Assembly (NCBI GenBank): GCA_964016885.1 | Contig: OZ024746.1 | Coordinates: 83,452,001-83,516,000 of the forward strand | Origin: Eledone cirrhosa | Lineage: Eukaryota | DNA length: 64,000 nt | Reading direction: 5' to 3' | The notes under the pieces: generated by a model | Seen by the model: only the letters and a program-made list of their open reading frames with translations | Databases searched by the model: none | Told to the model about the DNA's origin: nothing | Shown: positions 13,671-24,589 of the stretch, piece after piece | Numbering within the stretch: position 1 is the first letter of the stretch | Layout: each line of letters opens with the position of its first letter | Made by a program: the position numbers and the translations under genes

Positions 13671-13965
13671 AATTCAGAGCCCCGACGGCTGAGCTCCTGC
13701 TGTTTCAACAGCTAGGTCCGAACTTTTGATCTAGCTGTTGAAACGGCAAGAGCTAAGCCACATCGGGGTCTCAATTCTTTCATATTACCCACTGTACTAC
13801 CCCAAGTATCAAGTACTCTGATGAGTAATGATCTAACTGGTTTTTACTGCATCCATTGAAACAGTTCTAGTCCTGTAGAAGCCATTTCTATATTAAACAT
13901 TTATACTCTGCTATATATATTAAGTACCTTACTTATTGTGGTTACCCCCGATTGAACCCAGGATA
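13663..13965 (+). mobile_element. Family A fold-back copy fused to a truncated family B tail
   Basis: Palindrome 13663-13785 is followed by the family A tail. From 13858 the sequence GAAACAGTTCTAGTCCTGTAGAA... matches 17511-17619. Confidence 0.75.
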
Positions 13966-14436
13966 TACATATATATATATATATATGGGTGAAGATGACA
14001 GGAAAATGAACTAAACCGAATCAGTCAAAGAGGATATTAAAACAAAATAAAGAAACAAAAAGTAGAATTTTTTAGATATTTAGAAATTAAAAACACAACA
14101 AATCAACCTTTCTCTCTGAAGACATAGACTTCTCATTTCCTTTTTGTGTCTGTTTCTATCATGACTTCTGGTGCTCTTGGTCCCTAAGCTGGAGTCTTTA
14201 CCCACCAAATCAATAGGAGAGGATCAGTGGGATTTGAACTCAGAACGTAAAGGGGCTTAACACTATGCTGCAAAGCATGGTGTCCAACACTCTACTGATA
14301 CTGCCAATTCATAGCTTAGAAAGATCAAGTAAAAAACCCTTATAGACGGAAAAGACTGGCCAACTGCAGCTACAAAGAATCAAACTTCGTACATCTGAGA
14401 TTTTTCTAAACTATTATTTATAGTTATCGACTTCTG

Positions 14437-14508
14437 GTGGTGGTGGTGTTGTTGTTGTTGTTATTGTTTTGTTGTTCTTGTTGTTGTTGTTGGTGGTGGT
14501 GGTGGCGG

Positions 14509-14569
<61 letters not shown>

Positions 14570-15116
14570 GGTGGTGGTGGTGGTGGTGGTGGTGGTGGTG
14601 GTGGTGCTACTGTTATTGTTGTTGATGTTGTTGTTTTGCTGTATTTGCTGTTGTTAATGTTGATGTATCTGATGTTGTTATTGATGCTTTGGTTGTTGTT
14701 GATGATATTGATGTTGTTGTTGTTGTTGTTGTTGTTACTATTGGTTTTGCTGCTGTTGTTGCAGTTGTTGATCTTGTTGTTACTGTTGATGTTACTGCTG
14801 TTGTTGTTGTTGAAATTGTTGTTAATGTTGCTACTGTTGTTGTTGCAGTTGGTACTGTTGTAATCGATGTTGTAATTGGAGTTGTTGTTGTTGCTGGAAT
14901 CGATGTTATTACTGTTGTTGTTGCAGTTGTTGTTGCTGTTGTTGTTGTTGCAGTTGTTGTTGCTGTTGTTGTTGTTGCTGTTTTAATTCTGCTAGGCAGT
15001 ATTGAATGAAATGTAATGTTACTCTGTAACTAGACTTACTGATCTGTTTTGTTTAATATCTTCAAGCAACATTTCAGCTACAGAAAATGGATGTGATGGT
15101 GATGGCCACAGCAGCG

Positions 15117-15178
<62 letters not shown>

Positions 15179-15182
15179 TGTT

Positions 15183-15244
<62 letters not shown>

Positions 15245-15293
15245 TGTAGTAGTAGTAGTTGTTGTTGTAGTAGTAGTAGTAGTAGTAGTAGTA
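14437..15293. repeat. Compound trinucleotide microsatellites (GTT)n/(GGT)n and (GTA)n
   Basis: Directly visible. Source of the poly-V, poly-L and poly-C ORFs. Confidence 0.95.
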
Positions 15294-15454
15294 ATGAACT
15301 TTTATGTAAATGTTAACCCTTTGGTCTTTGTGTCATTGATATAATATTTGATTACAGTGATAGTACACATACACATACATACGTATGTATGTGTGTATAT
15401 ATATATGTGTGTATATATGTGTATTATATATATATATGTATGTATATATATATG

Positions 15455-15539
<85 letters not shown>

Positions 15540-15818
15540 TTATATATATATATATACATATATATATGAATATATCAATATATCAGTCATCATCATTTAA
15601 TCTCCTTCCCTGCTATGTATATATATATATATATATATACATCATCATCATCATCATCATCAACGTTTAACGGCCGTGTTCCACGCTTGCATGGGTTTGG
15701 ACGGGGGTATTCCCACTTGAGGCAAGAGTGATTGTCTTGCTCGCATAGGACTGATGATAATGATGATATACCATCATCATCATCATCATCATCACTATCA
15801 TATCTATATATACCATTA

Positions 15819-16320
15819 TAACAAAGAAATAAGTCACCAAGTTCGACAGTCGATACATTCTTTTTTTATCTACACATGTTTCAGTCCCATTGGATATTAC
15901 TTACAATATCCTTATAAAGGAATCATCAGGATCAATTATATATATATATATATAACATATTAAAAACTGTTTAATTACCGATCAATGTATTCCTTAACTG
16001 CATCCTTCCATAACCTTAGAAAAAACTTTGTTTACAATTTCCAGCTGAAGCATGCAGTTAAGACATACATCAATCAGTAATTAAACACTTTTTAGTATGT
16101 TATATATACAATTGATTCTGAAGATTTCTTTATAAGGATATTGTGAGTAATATCCAAATGGAATGAAACATGTGTAGATCAAATAGATAATGTATTAACT
16201 GTTGAACTTGGTGACTTATTTCTTTTGTTAATAATATATGCTCTGTGATTTAAATCTAAGATGACCGGAAGTAAACCAATTGGATTTACCTCTGAAATAT
16301 CTCTCGTTATTCTGGATATA
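15819..16320 (+). mobile_element. Fold-back element, family D, with a hammerhead motif in each arm
   Basis: Diverged arms 15819-16008 and 16047-16230. Plus strand 16112-16182: TTGATT-CTGAAGA-stem II-GAAAC-ATGT-GTA-GATCAA. Minus strand 15868-15933: ATC-CTGATGA-stem II-GAAAC-ATGT-GTA-GAT. Confidence 0.75.
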
Positions 16321-16373
16321 CAATAAACAATATTTGAGCTTGAAATAAATATCAACTTATAGAATTATCTATA

Positions 16374-17207
16374 CAGTCGAGTCCGCTTAAGAGTATACCC
16401 TCGGTAATGGAAAATAGTATACTCTTAACTGGACTATACTCTTATCCGGACTAAGTAAAAATATTCCATACTATTACTATTTTGAGTCTTTCAATGATTA
16501 AAAATTGCTTTATTATCGTTTAAAATGGATTTATAAGTAAAAAAAATGAAAGTTACACCAAAAAATTCAACAAGAATTATTGCAAATTATAGATAAATTA
16601 AGCAATATTTCAACATATTGGTTTGCAATTTTTATTTCCTAAAAATAGTCCAAAATGCTTTTTTGCACTCGATTGCTCGCAATTTTTTTTTCAATCAATT
16701 CTTTCGATCTCAGACAGAGTATAATTTTCAAACTTTTCAAACGATTGCATCATATAGGACCGTACAGTCAACAAAGCATTTATTCCTTCTTTTCCAGAGA
16801 TCTAAAATATTGATAAATGATTAAAGTTATGTTAGGTACCTATGCACATTCATATTATAAATATAAAAATAATACATACTAACCTTTGAGTAATGGATAT
16901 TTTTTGAGTAATGGATAAAGCAGAGCATTTCAAAGACATTTTTATGACAATGAATTATTATTTTTGTATTTGCATATATTAAACTTTAAATTGCTTTTAG
17001 AATGGTTGTATAAATGACATCATCGCATTTCATTTTGAATTGTTTTAAAATGGTTATGTTACATTATAAGCCCAATTTACTTTACCATATTCATTATACT
17101 CTTATTCAGACTAAATTATATAGAAAATATATAAACTGGAATTGATTATGCTATACTCTTATGCGAACTATACTCTTATCCGATATACTCTTAAGCGGAC
17201 TCGACTG
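16374..17207 (-). mobile_element. Non-autonomous pogo/Tigger-like DNA transposon
   Basis: 24-bp perfect TIRs CAGTCGAGTCCGCTTAAGAGTATA, TA flanks, repeated subterminal TATACTCTTA motifs, and an internal minus-strand remnant VQKSILDYF-stop. Confidence 0.88.
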
Positions 17208-17348
17208 TATAGCATTATCTATATAGCATTAACTTTGCCTGTCATCCTTATGGGGTCGATAAAATAAAGTACCAGTCATGCTCTGGGGGTCGATTTAATC
17301 GACTTTCCCCTCCCCCAAATTAATGGCCTTGTGCCTATAGTAGAAATC

Positions 17349-17389
<41 letters not shown>

Positions 17390-17396
<7 letters not shown>

Positions 17397-17618
17397 TGAG
17401 ATTCTACAGGACTAGAACTGTTTCATTCATTAGAAATCATCAGGAATCTGGGTATCAAAAAATAAATATTTATTTTTTGATACCCAGATTCCTGATGATT
17501 TCTAATGAATGAAACAGTTCTAGTCCTGTAGAATCTGATCTATATTAAAACTTTTATACTCTGCTATGTATTGAGTACCTTACTTACTGTGGTTACCTCC
17601 GATTCAACCCGGAATAAC

Positions 17619-17619
<1 letters not shown>
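17390..17619 (+). mobile_element. Fold-back element, family B: spacer-less 156-bp palindrome plus tail, in (TA)n
   Basis: 17390-17545 is a palindrome centred at 17467/17468 with a single mismatch (17398/17537). Unique tail to 17619; (TA)n on both sides. Confidence 0.9.
17485..17537 (+). ncRNA. Type I hammerhead ribozyme motif (mirror copy on minus strand 17398-17450)
   Basis: Stem I CAGATTC/GAATCTG (7 bp); CTGATGA 17492-17498; weak stem II TTC-TAAT-GAA closed by a T.T pair; GAAAC 17511-17515; stem III ACAG/CTGT; GTA site 17528-17530. Confidence 0.72.
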
Positions 17620-17686
<67 letters not shown>

Positions 17687-17748
17687 TTATGTCCAACCCA
17701 TGCAAGCATGGAAAAGTGGATGTAAAAACGATGATGATGATGATATTG

Positions 17749-17780
<32 letters not shown>

Positions 17781-17837
17781 ACGCTAAAGGTCAACAAAGA
17801 AAAACATGGGACAAAAATACAATACAATGAGAGTATT

Positions 17838-18053
17838 AATTTAACATTTACATTAATCTATATTTACTATTGTATTTTCACAGTAAAGGCTTTACCTTAC
17901 ATAATTATCTCACATAATATTGAATCTATGAGATTTTGATATTATTTATTTTGGGACCAATACCTTAAGATCAGTATGGCCGGTTACAGCCGGTTTGAAC
18001 AGAAAGAAGTGAGAGAATTCTGGCCAGATATGACCAGTTTAAATGTTAAAGGG
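17838..18053 (-). mobile_element. piggyBac-type MITE copy
   Basis: Reverse complement of 37686-37906, ending TAAATGTTAAAGGG-TTAA. A further truncated copy lies at about 19662-19876. Confidence 0.8.
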
Positions 18054-18687
18054 TTAACATTTGATATAGTAGGAAAAGAGTCTTAATATTTCAGACATTA
18101 GAAAAAAGTTAATGAATATACTTGTGAAAACAGTCCCAAGATACTTGAACTTCTCTACCTACTTCAGTGTATCTCCACTTACATGCAGGGTACACTGCAC
18201 AGGCTTTCTTGGGTGGATGAGTGTCTTAGTCTTCACGGCACTAATCTTCATTCTTGCCATGCAGCACTCAACAACACATCTATCTAGTGCTTGTCGAAGA
18301 TCACTACAGTCCCTGTTTGGTGTGCACCATGGCCTTCATATCCTCACAACTTTGCACAAACAAACACTCTCACATACACACAACTTTTTCTCCCTTCTTG
18401 CTGCTTATCTCCCCTTTGATAACTCTTTAACTCACTAGCCTTGGATGAAAAGCAAAGCTAACCTCGGCGGGATTTGAACTCAGATCATATAGGGCCATAA
18501 CTCTATGTTCCACCAATACTGCCAATCCACCGCCCAATAACAATAATAAGGAGCAGGAACTAAGTATCAATATAACATCATTATATTTATTCACATGTGA
18601 TGTGTATTTCGTGATGGATCAGCTCAAAATATGATTAGTAGTGACTGCACCCAACTCTGGGATCAATAGCTCATCAGACTTATATAC

Positions 18688-18735
<48 letters not shown>

Positions 18736-18738
<3 letters not shown>

Positions 18739-18834
18739 GGTGTCACCAAAAAATGTATACAAACTTCAAAAGCATTCTAATAAATATTGTCTGTACAGGT
18801 AATGAAAGTGTGCATACATTTTGGTTTGGACACC

Positions 18835-18837
<3 letters not shown>
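18736..18837. mobile_element. Tc1/mariner-type MITE
   Basis: TIRs CAGGGTGTC...GACACCCTG with TA flanks, inside (TA)n. Same family as 44755-44927 and 62446-62538. Confidence 0.85.
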
Positions 18838-18878
<41 letters not shown>

Positions 18879-19509
18879 CACAGTCCACGCTGTAATGTGG
18901 CCGTGTAGGTAACATGGTAAAAAGTTCCCAGTGCCACACTGTAAATGTGGTTGGTGTTAGGAAGGGCATCCAGCCGTAGAAAACCTGCCAGATAGTCCTA
19001 TATGAGCGAGACACGGTCACCCGACCAACCTGGCCTCAAGTGAGACAACTCCCGTCTAACCCATGCTAGCGTGGAAAATGGACGTTAAACGAAGATGATG
19101 ATGATGATGATATATGTATATATACACACACATATATATATATACATGCCTTATAATTGAAATTTAAAGAAAAAATGTTCTTGACAGTACAAAGCAAGAA
19201 GAATCAGTCTTTTTAAGTTGAAACTGTATTCTTCATCAATTGTATGAACTACTTTATTGAAGTAGCTAAGGTTAAAGTACAGACAGGATGGGACATAGTG
19301 GAGAGTAGAGTCAGGTCGGAGTATAAAAATGAATCTTGTAGCTAGAGCATAAGTAGAACTTTACATTGTTTCCTAGATGTCAGGCAATAAAGTCAAACAT
19401 ATGTTGTAGAGTAATTTGTGTGTCTATATTGTTGTTGTTGTTATTTTTACCTTAGTCTTCTCATGTTAATTCTGAACTTGTTACCAAAAGCAGATGTAAA
19501 ATGGTAATA

Positions 19510-19542
<33 letters not shown>

Positions 19543-19573
19543 GTGATAATGGTGGTGATAATGGTGGTGATGG

Positions 19574-19621
<48 letters not shown>

Positions 19622-21799
19622 GGCAGAGGAGGAGGAGGGTATATCATCACCATTTCATGTGTTAACCTTTAGCATTTACATTACTCTATTTATACTATTG
19701 TATTTTCACTGTAAACACTTTACCTCACATAAATATCTCACACAATATTGAATCTATGAGATTCTGATATTATTTACTTTGAGAACAACAATACTGTAAT
19801 ATCAGTATGAGCAGTTGGATACTGCCAGTTTGAACAGGAAGAGGTGAGAGAACTCTGGTCGGATACAGCCGGTTTTCCATACTTGCATGGATTAGACAAG
19901 TTACATTGTGAGGCTAGACAGGTCAGCTGACTGTGTCTTGCTCATTCGTTTCATTTTGACATAGTTTCTATGGATTGATCCATATTCCTAACACCAACCA
20001 CTTCACAGCATCTACCAGATTCATTTTCTCATAGCACCACCACTACCACATGACAGTATGACCACTTTATAGTATGGGCTGGATCCATTTTATCATGACA
20101 CCAGCACTATTATTTTACAGTGTGGGCTGAGCACTAAGTACAGTTTATTTTGGAACCAATACTACCACATTTCAGTACTATGGCACTAGTATCCTTCATT
20201 CTCTCTCTCTATTTACCTCTCCCCCTTCCAGACGATTTATATTAAGTTGAAGTGCATCTAATCACAAACTCTTGAGTATGTTGTATGCCACCTGCCACAC
20301 AGAAGCTTTCTCTACACTTAGGAAAATATGCTGAAACTTTACTTTGGTTTCACTGGTGTACAGTAGTTCAGTCCTCTGCTCTATTACATTTGGCTCTCAA
20401 CTACTTCAACAACAACGAGAACAACAATTGTTTTTAACATATGCACAAGGCCAGACATATGGAGGGAAGGATTTAGTCAATTAAATCGACCCCAGTACTT
20501 GACTGGTACGTTATTTTATCAGCATAGGGATGAACACTGGCACAAAGATAAGATGTTTATGGCTAGAATGCTTCCATTTATCATAGGTCAGTTCAATCAA
20601 GGCTGACCTGGGGACTAAACAGTAACTCTACCTAAAAATGTTAACCATGTATTAATAGATTATTAATATTAATAAAAAATATGATAATATATATGATAAT
20701 ATAATTTTTTAAAATGCATTCAAGCAATTTCTTTTCTCAAACAGACATTTAAAAAAATGTCTTAACAGACATTTAACAGATGCTTAACATCAATAATTTT
20801 CTTTGAATGTTGTGAAAATAATTAAAATCAAAGAGAAAGTAAAAAGCCTCTTTGATCAACTTTAATTTCTTTAAATCTCATTAATGTTAATGTTAATGAA
20901 ATGTTAAAAATGTTCTGTCTTGGATAAAACGCCAGCAATGTATGATCATCTCCATCTTTCCATTCATCTTTTTGTTGTTGTTGATGTTGTTGTTGTTGTT
21001 TTAAATCTCTCTAACAGAAGTACTTTTCTGTCTATTGTTGTTGTAACTCTTTTGTTTTTTATTGCTAAGTCAGTGAGATAATGGCCTTGGAGTGCCCATG
21101 GCCCTTTTCAAAATCTTTGCAACTGATAGAAGGAAGGGAAGGGGAGGGGATGGAATAGTGATATAGTCAAACACTGCAAGGCATTGGTTTTGCCCTGCAC
21201 CACTCTAAAATTAGTGAATAACAAATATTAAACAATATTTAAAGAGTACACAAAGAACAAAAGTAAATCATGATGATAATGGTTATATAGTTTAACCCTT
21301 GTTAACAGGAAAGACATGTTTTATATATATATATTGAATTTTACTGCCAACAGTGTACTTATCCCTATCAAATGAATTCTATGTGCCTCCTCATTAGAAG
21401 GTCCCATTAGAAGGTGATTCTGCCACAGTTTTTGAGACTGCTGTCACTACTACTGTGAAAGCCCATATTGACTCTGGTAGTCTCTCATAGGAATTCTTCC
21501 ATTAGTTTTAGGACTGAACTCTGCTGACAATTTACCTACAGATTAACCTCTTAATCTGTGCTAAAAATAAAAGATGGGCATCAGCACACATGGGGGCTGA
21601 ACCCACACCTCTTGTTTGCCAGACAAGTGTGCTACCATTTATGCCAATGAATCCACTCATCTCCTTCCGTTAATTTTGCGAGCTATAACTTAATAGCAAT
21701 AAGCAAGCAAAATAAAGCATGTATGTTTCGAAAACAGCGAGTGGAATTTGAAAATTGAATTAGATTTTGCTGTAACTTTGACTAAATAAAATAATCTAA

Positions 21800-22411
21800 T
21801 AATTGTTTCTACTATTGGCACAAGGCCAGCAATTACCCAGTACATTACTGGTACTTTATTTTATCAACCCCGTAAGGATGAAAGGCAAAGTTAACCTCGG
21901 CGGGATTTGAACTCAGAATGGCAAGGGCCGTAACTCTATGCGTCAAAGCATGGTGTCCGACCCTCTACCGATAAATCTAATAATTGTTTCTACTTTAGGC
22001 ACAAGGCCAGCAATTACCCAGTGCATTACTGGTACTTTATTTTATCGACCCCGTAAGGATGAAAGGCAAAGTCAACCTCGGCGGGATTTGAACTCAGATC
22101 GTAAAGGGACATAACTATGCTGGAAAGCATGGCGTCCGACCCTCTACCGATACTGCCAATCCACCGCCTAATAATAACAGTGAGTGGGCTTATATACCAC
22201 ATTATTGGTGGATTGGCAGTATTGGTAGAGAATTGGACAACATGCTTTGCAGCATATACCACGGCCCTTCACCTTCCTTTGAGATTAGCTTTGCTTTCTA
22301 TCTTTATGAGGTTGATAAAATAAAATACCAGTAAGACACTGGGGTGGATTTAATTGACTTTCCCCTTCCCTTCAAATTGCTAGCCATGTGTGTCAAAATA
22401 GAAACAATTAT
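21800..22411. mobile_element. S1 SINE cluster: two minus-strand young copies head-to-head with an older plus-strand long-variant copy
   Basis: Copies at about 21800-21972, 21981-22168 and 22207-22411. Confidence 0.85.
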
Positions 22412-23624
22412 TAGACCATTTTATTTAATCAAAGTTACAGCAAGATCTTCTAATTTTCAAATTCTGTTTGCTGTTTCTGAACATACATGGTTAGGTTATT
22501 TTTTACTATGAAAATTACTCAAACAGGTTGGGAATATAAAAAATGGGAAAATTGGACAGTATTACATGGCAAATGTGAGTTCAATTCCACTTTTTCTATC
22601 TCTAGGGGGTTATATACTCAATTTCTTTGATTATTTTACATAGTAAAAAGAATCTACATTGAAGCAGCTTACCTTATGCTAAAATACAAGTAAAAGTATT
22701 TAAACCAACATTATTGATCACATATCCTACTCCAAAAATGCATACTCTTAGGCATGGTCAAATGGTTAAGAAATTCGATTTGCAATTATGAGCTCCTGGG
22801 TTCAATTCCAATGAGTGACATTTTGGGAAAGTGACCTTTACCTTAGGTTGACCCAAGCCTTATAATTAAAATTGGCTCGACAGAAACTGGTTGGAAGTGA
22901 ATCAGATAGAGTGTACCTGTTATTAAAGGGGACAGCCTTGTCACACACTATGTTACATGGATTCTCTCAGAGAAATACATTAACAATACTCAGCCACATA
23001 GATGCTTAATCAAAGATAGGCTGTTCCATCAATCAAACAGTTACGACACTTAATGTTTAAACTGGCTGGGATCATAATCACCATCATCACCATTTAATGT
23101 CTATTTTCCATGCTACCATGTGTTAGACAGGTTTCCATGTTATGAGGCCAAACAGGTCAGGTTATTATGTCTTGCTCAAACATTCCGTTTTGGGCTTGAT
23201 TTTCTATGGCTAGATGCTCTTCCTACCGCTAACCACTTCACAGTGCGTACTAGGAGTTTTTGTGGTACCAGCACTGCCACTTTACAAAGTGAACTGGCTG
23301 CTTGTTATTAAGGCACATGTGCAACCTCTTTACAGGGTGGGCTGGGTACTATTTTGTTGTGGCAGCAGCATGACCACTTTACAGAGTGCACTTATTTATA
23401 TCTGCCTGTACTAGAAATCGGTGGTTAATTGGCAGAGTCGTTAGAACGTCGGATAGAATGCTTTATGGTATTCGTTTCAGCTCTCTCCTCTCCTGCTGAG
23501 ATCAACTTTGCCTTTCATCCTTTCGAGATCGATAAAAAAAGGTACCAGTCTAGTACTGAGGCCAATTCTTCCTATATCTCTTTCTCATTTTCCTCTCTCT
23601 CACTTTCTATCTTTTTTCTGGAAG

Positions 23625-23776
23625 AAATCTGCTGTACTCAGGCTTGGAGATGGATGGGCTCCGCCAGGCTTAAAATGTCCAAGAAATGCCATGTGTCAAT
23701 TACAGCTTCCCTACGACTCTATCAGCAATTATGGGAAATCAGCAATATTATTGTTGTTCTTGATGTTATCATGAAG
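23625..23776 (+). other. Candidate spliced exon, coding status unknown
   Basis: Long pyrimidine tract 23570-23619, AG at 23623-23624 (alternative CAG ending 23641), non-repetitive body, and AAG|GTGAGT donor at 23777. No recognisable protein. Confidence 0.3.
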
Positions 23777-24549
23777 GTGAGTGGATGGCAAAAATGGTAA
23801 TATGCTTGACTAAATATCTTACAATATTTTATTATTTCCCTTGACATTGTGAGTTCAAACTCCTACCCGTGTTGACTTTATAGCCCCCCCTCCCTCTGCT
23901 GTGTCAATAACCACTCTAGTTTTTCTTATCATTACTCACTCTTGAATGAATGAGTGGTGTGTACTCTTTAATCTTACAAGATACACAGCAACTGCACTAT
24001 TGTTGGTGCCACAATAAAATGAACCCAGTATATTCTGTAAAGTATTTGTTGATCAACAATCAAATAAAGACAATGTGGAGTTGAGAGAACTCTTTATTCA
24101 TGCCAAGGACACAACAATCTCATTAGTATTGGTATCATGATAAAATGAGTCAGGTACACTCTGTAAATAGGTTGGTATTATGAAAGACACCCAGCCATAG
24201 TAACTATGCAAAAAAAACCCCCAAAATGTACAAATGAGATGTGGCCCTCCAGCCAGTTTAGGATGGCAATAACTCTGAATAAGAACAGATTTGAATAGTT
24301 TCAACCTGTCCAACCCATACTAGCATAGGTTGTGAGAGCTGATTGAATTGTTTATATTCCTTCTCTATAAAGGCTGCTGATAATGATGATGATGATGGTG
24401 GTGACAATGATGATGATGATGATGATGATGACAATGATGAGAAGGAGGGGGAGAAGGATTTTGATAAGAGTAGTTTTGTGGTGTTTGTTATTGTTAGAAA
24501 TAATGACAATGAGAATTAACATGATCTGATCTTGATAACTACAAAGGCC

Positions 24550-24589
<40 letters not shown>

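Noticed and set aside
13811-13885. Apparent complete hammerhead CTGATGA...GAAACAG...CTGTA
   Set aside because: The CTGATGA is a mutated family A tail (CTGGTGC in the 63321 copy) fused to a family B fragment. Stem I does not pair.
14437-15670. Poly-V, poly-L, poly-C and (YI)n ORFs, also at 38060-38485, 49818-50333 and 62427-62975
   Set aside because: Translations of microsatellites.
21578-21652. tRNA-Ala(GGC)-like gene on the minus strand
   Set aside because: Anticodon and T arms can form, but the acceptor stem does not pair and the T loop is altered. More likely a decayed SINE head or pseudogene.
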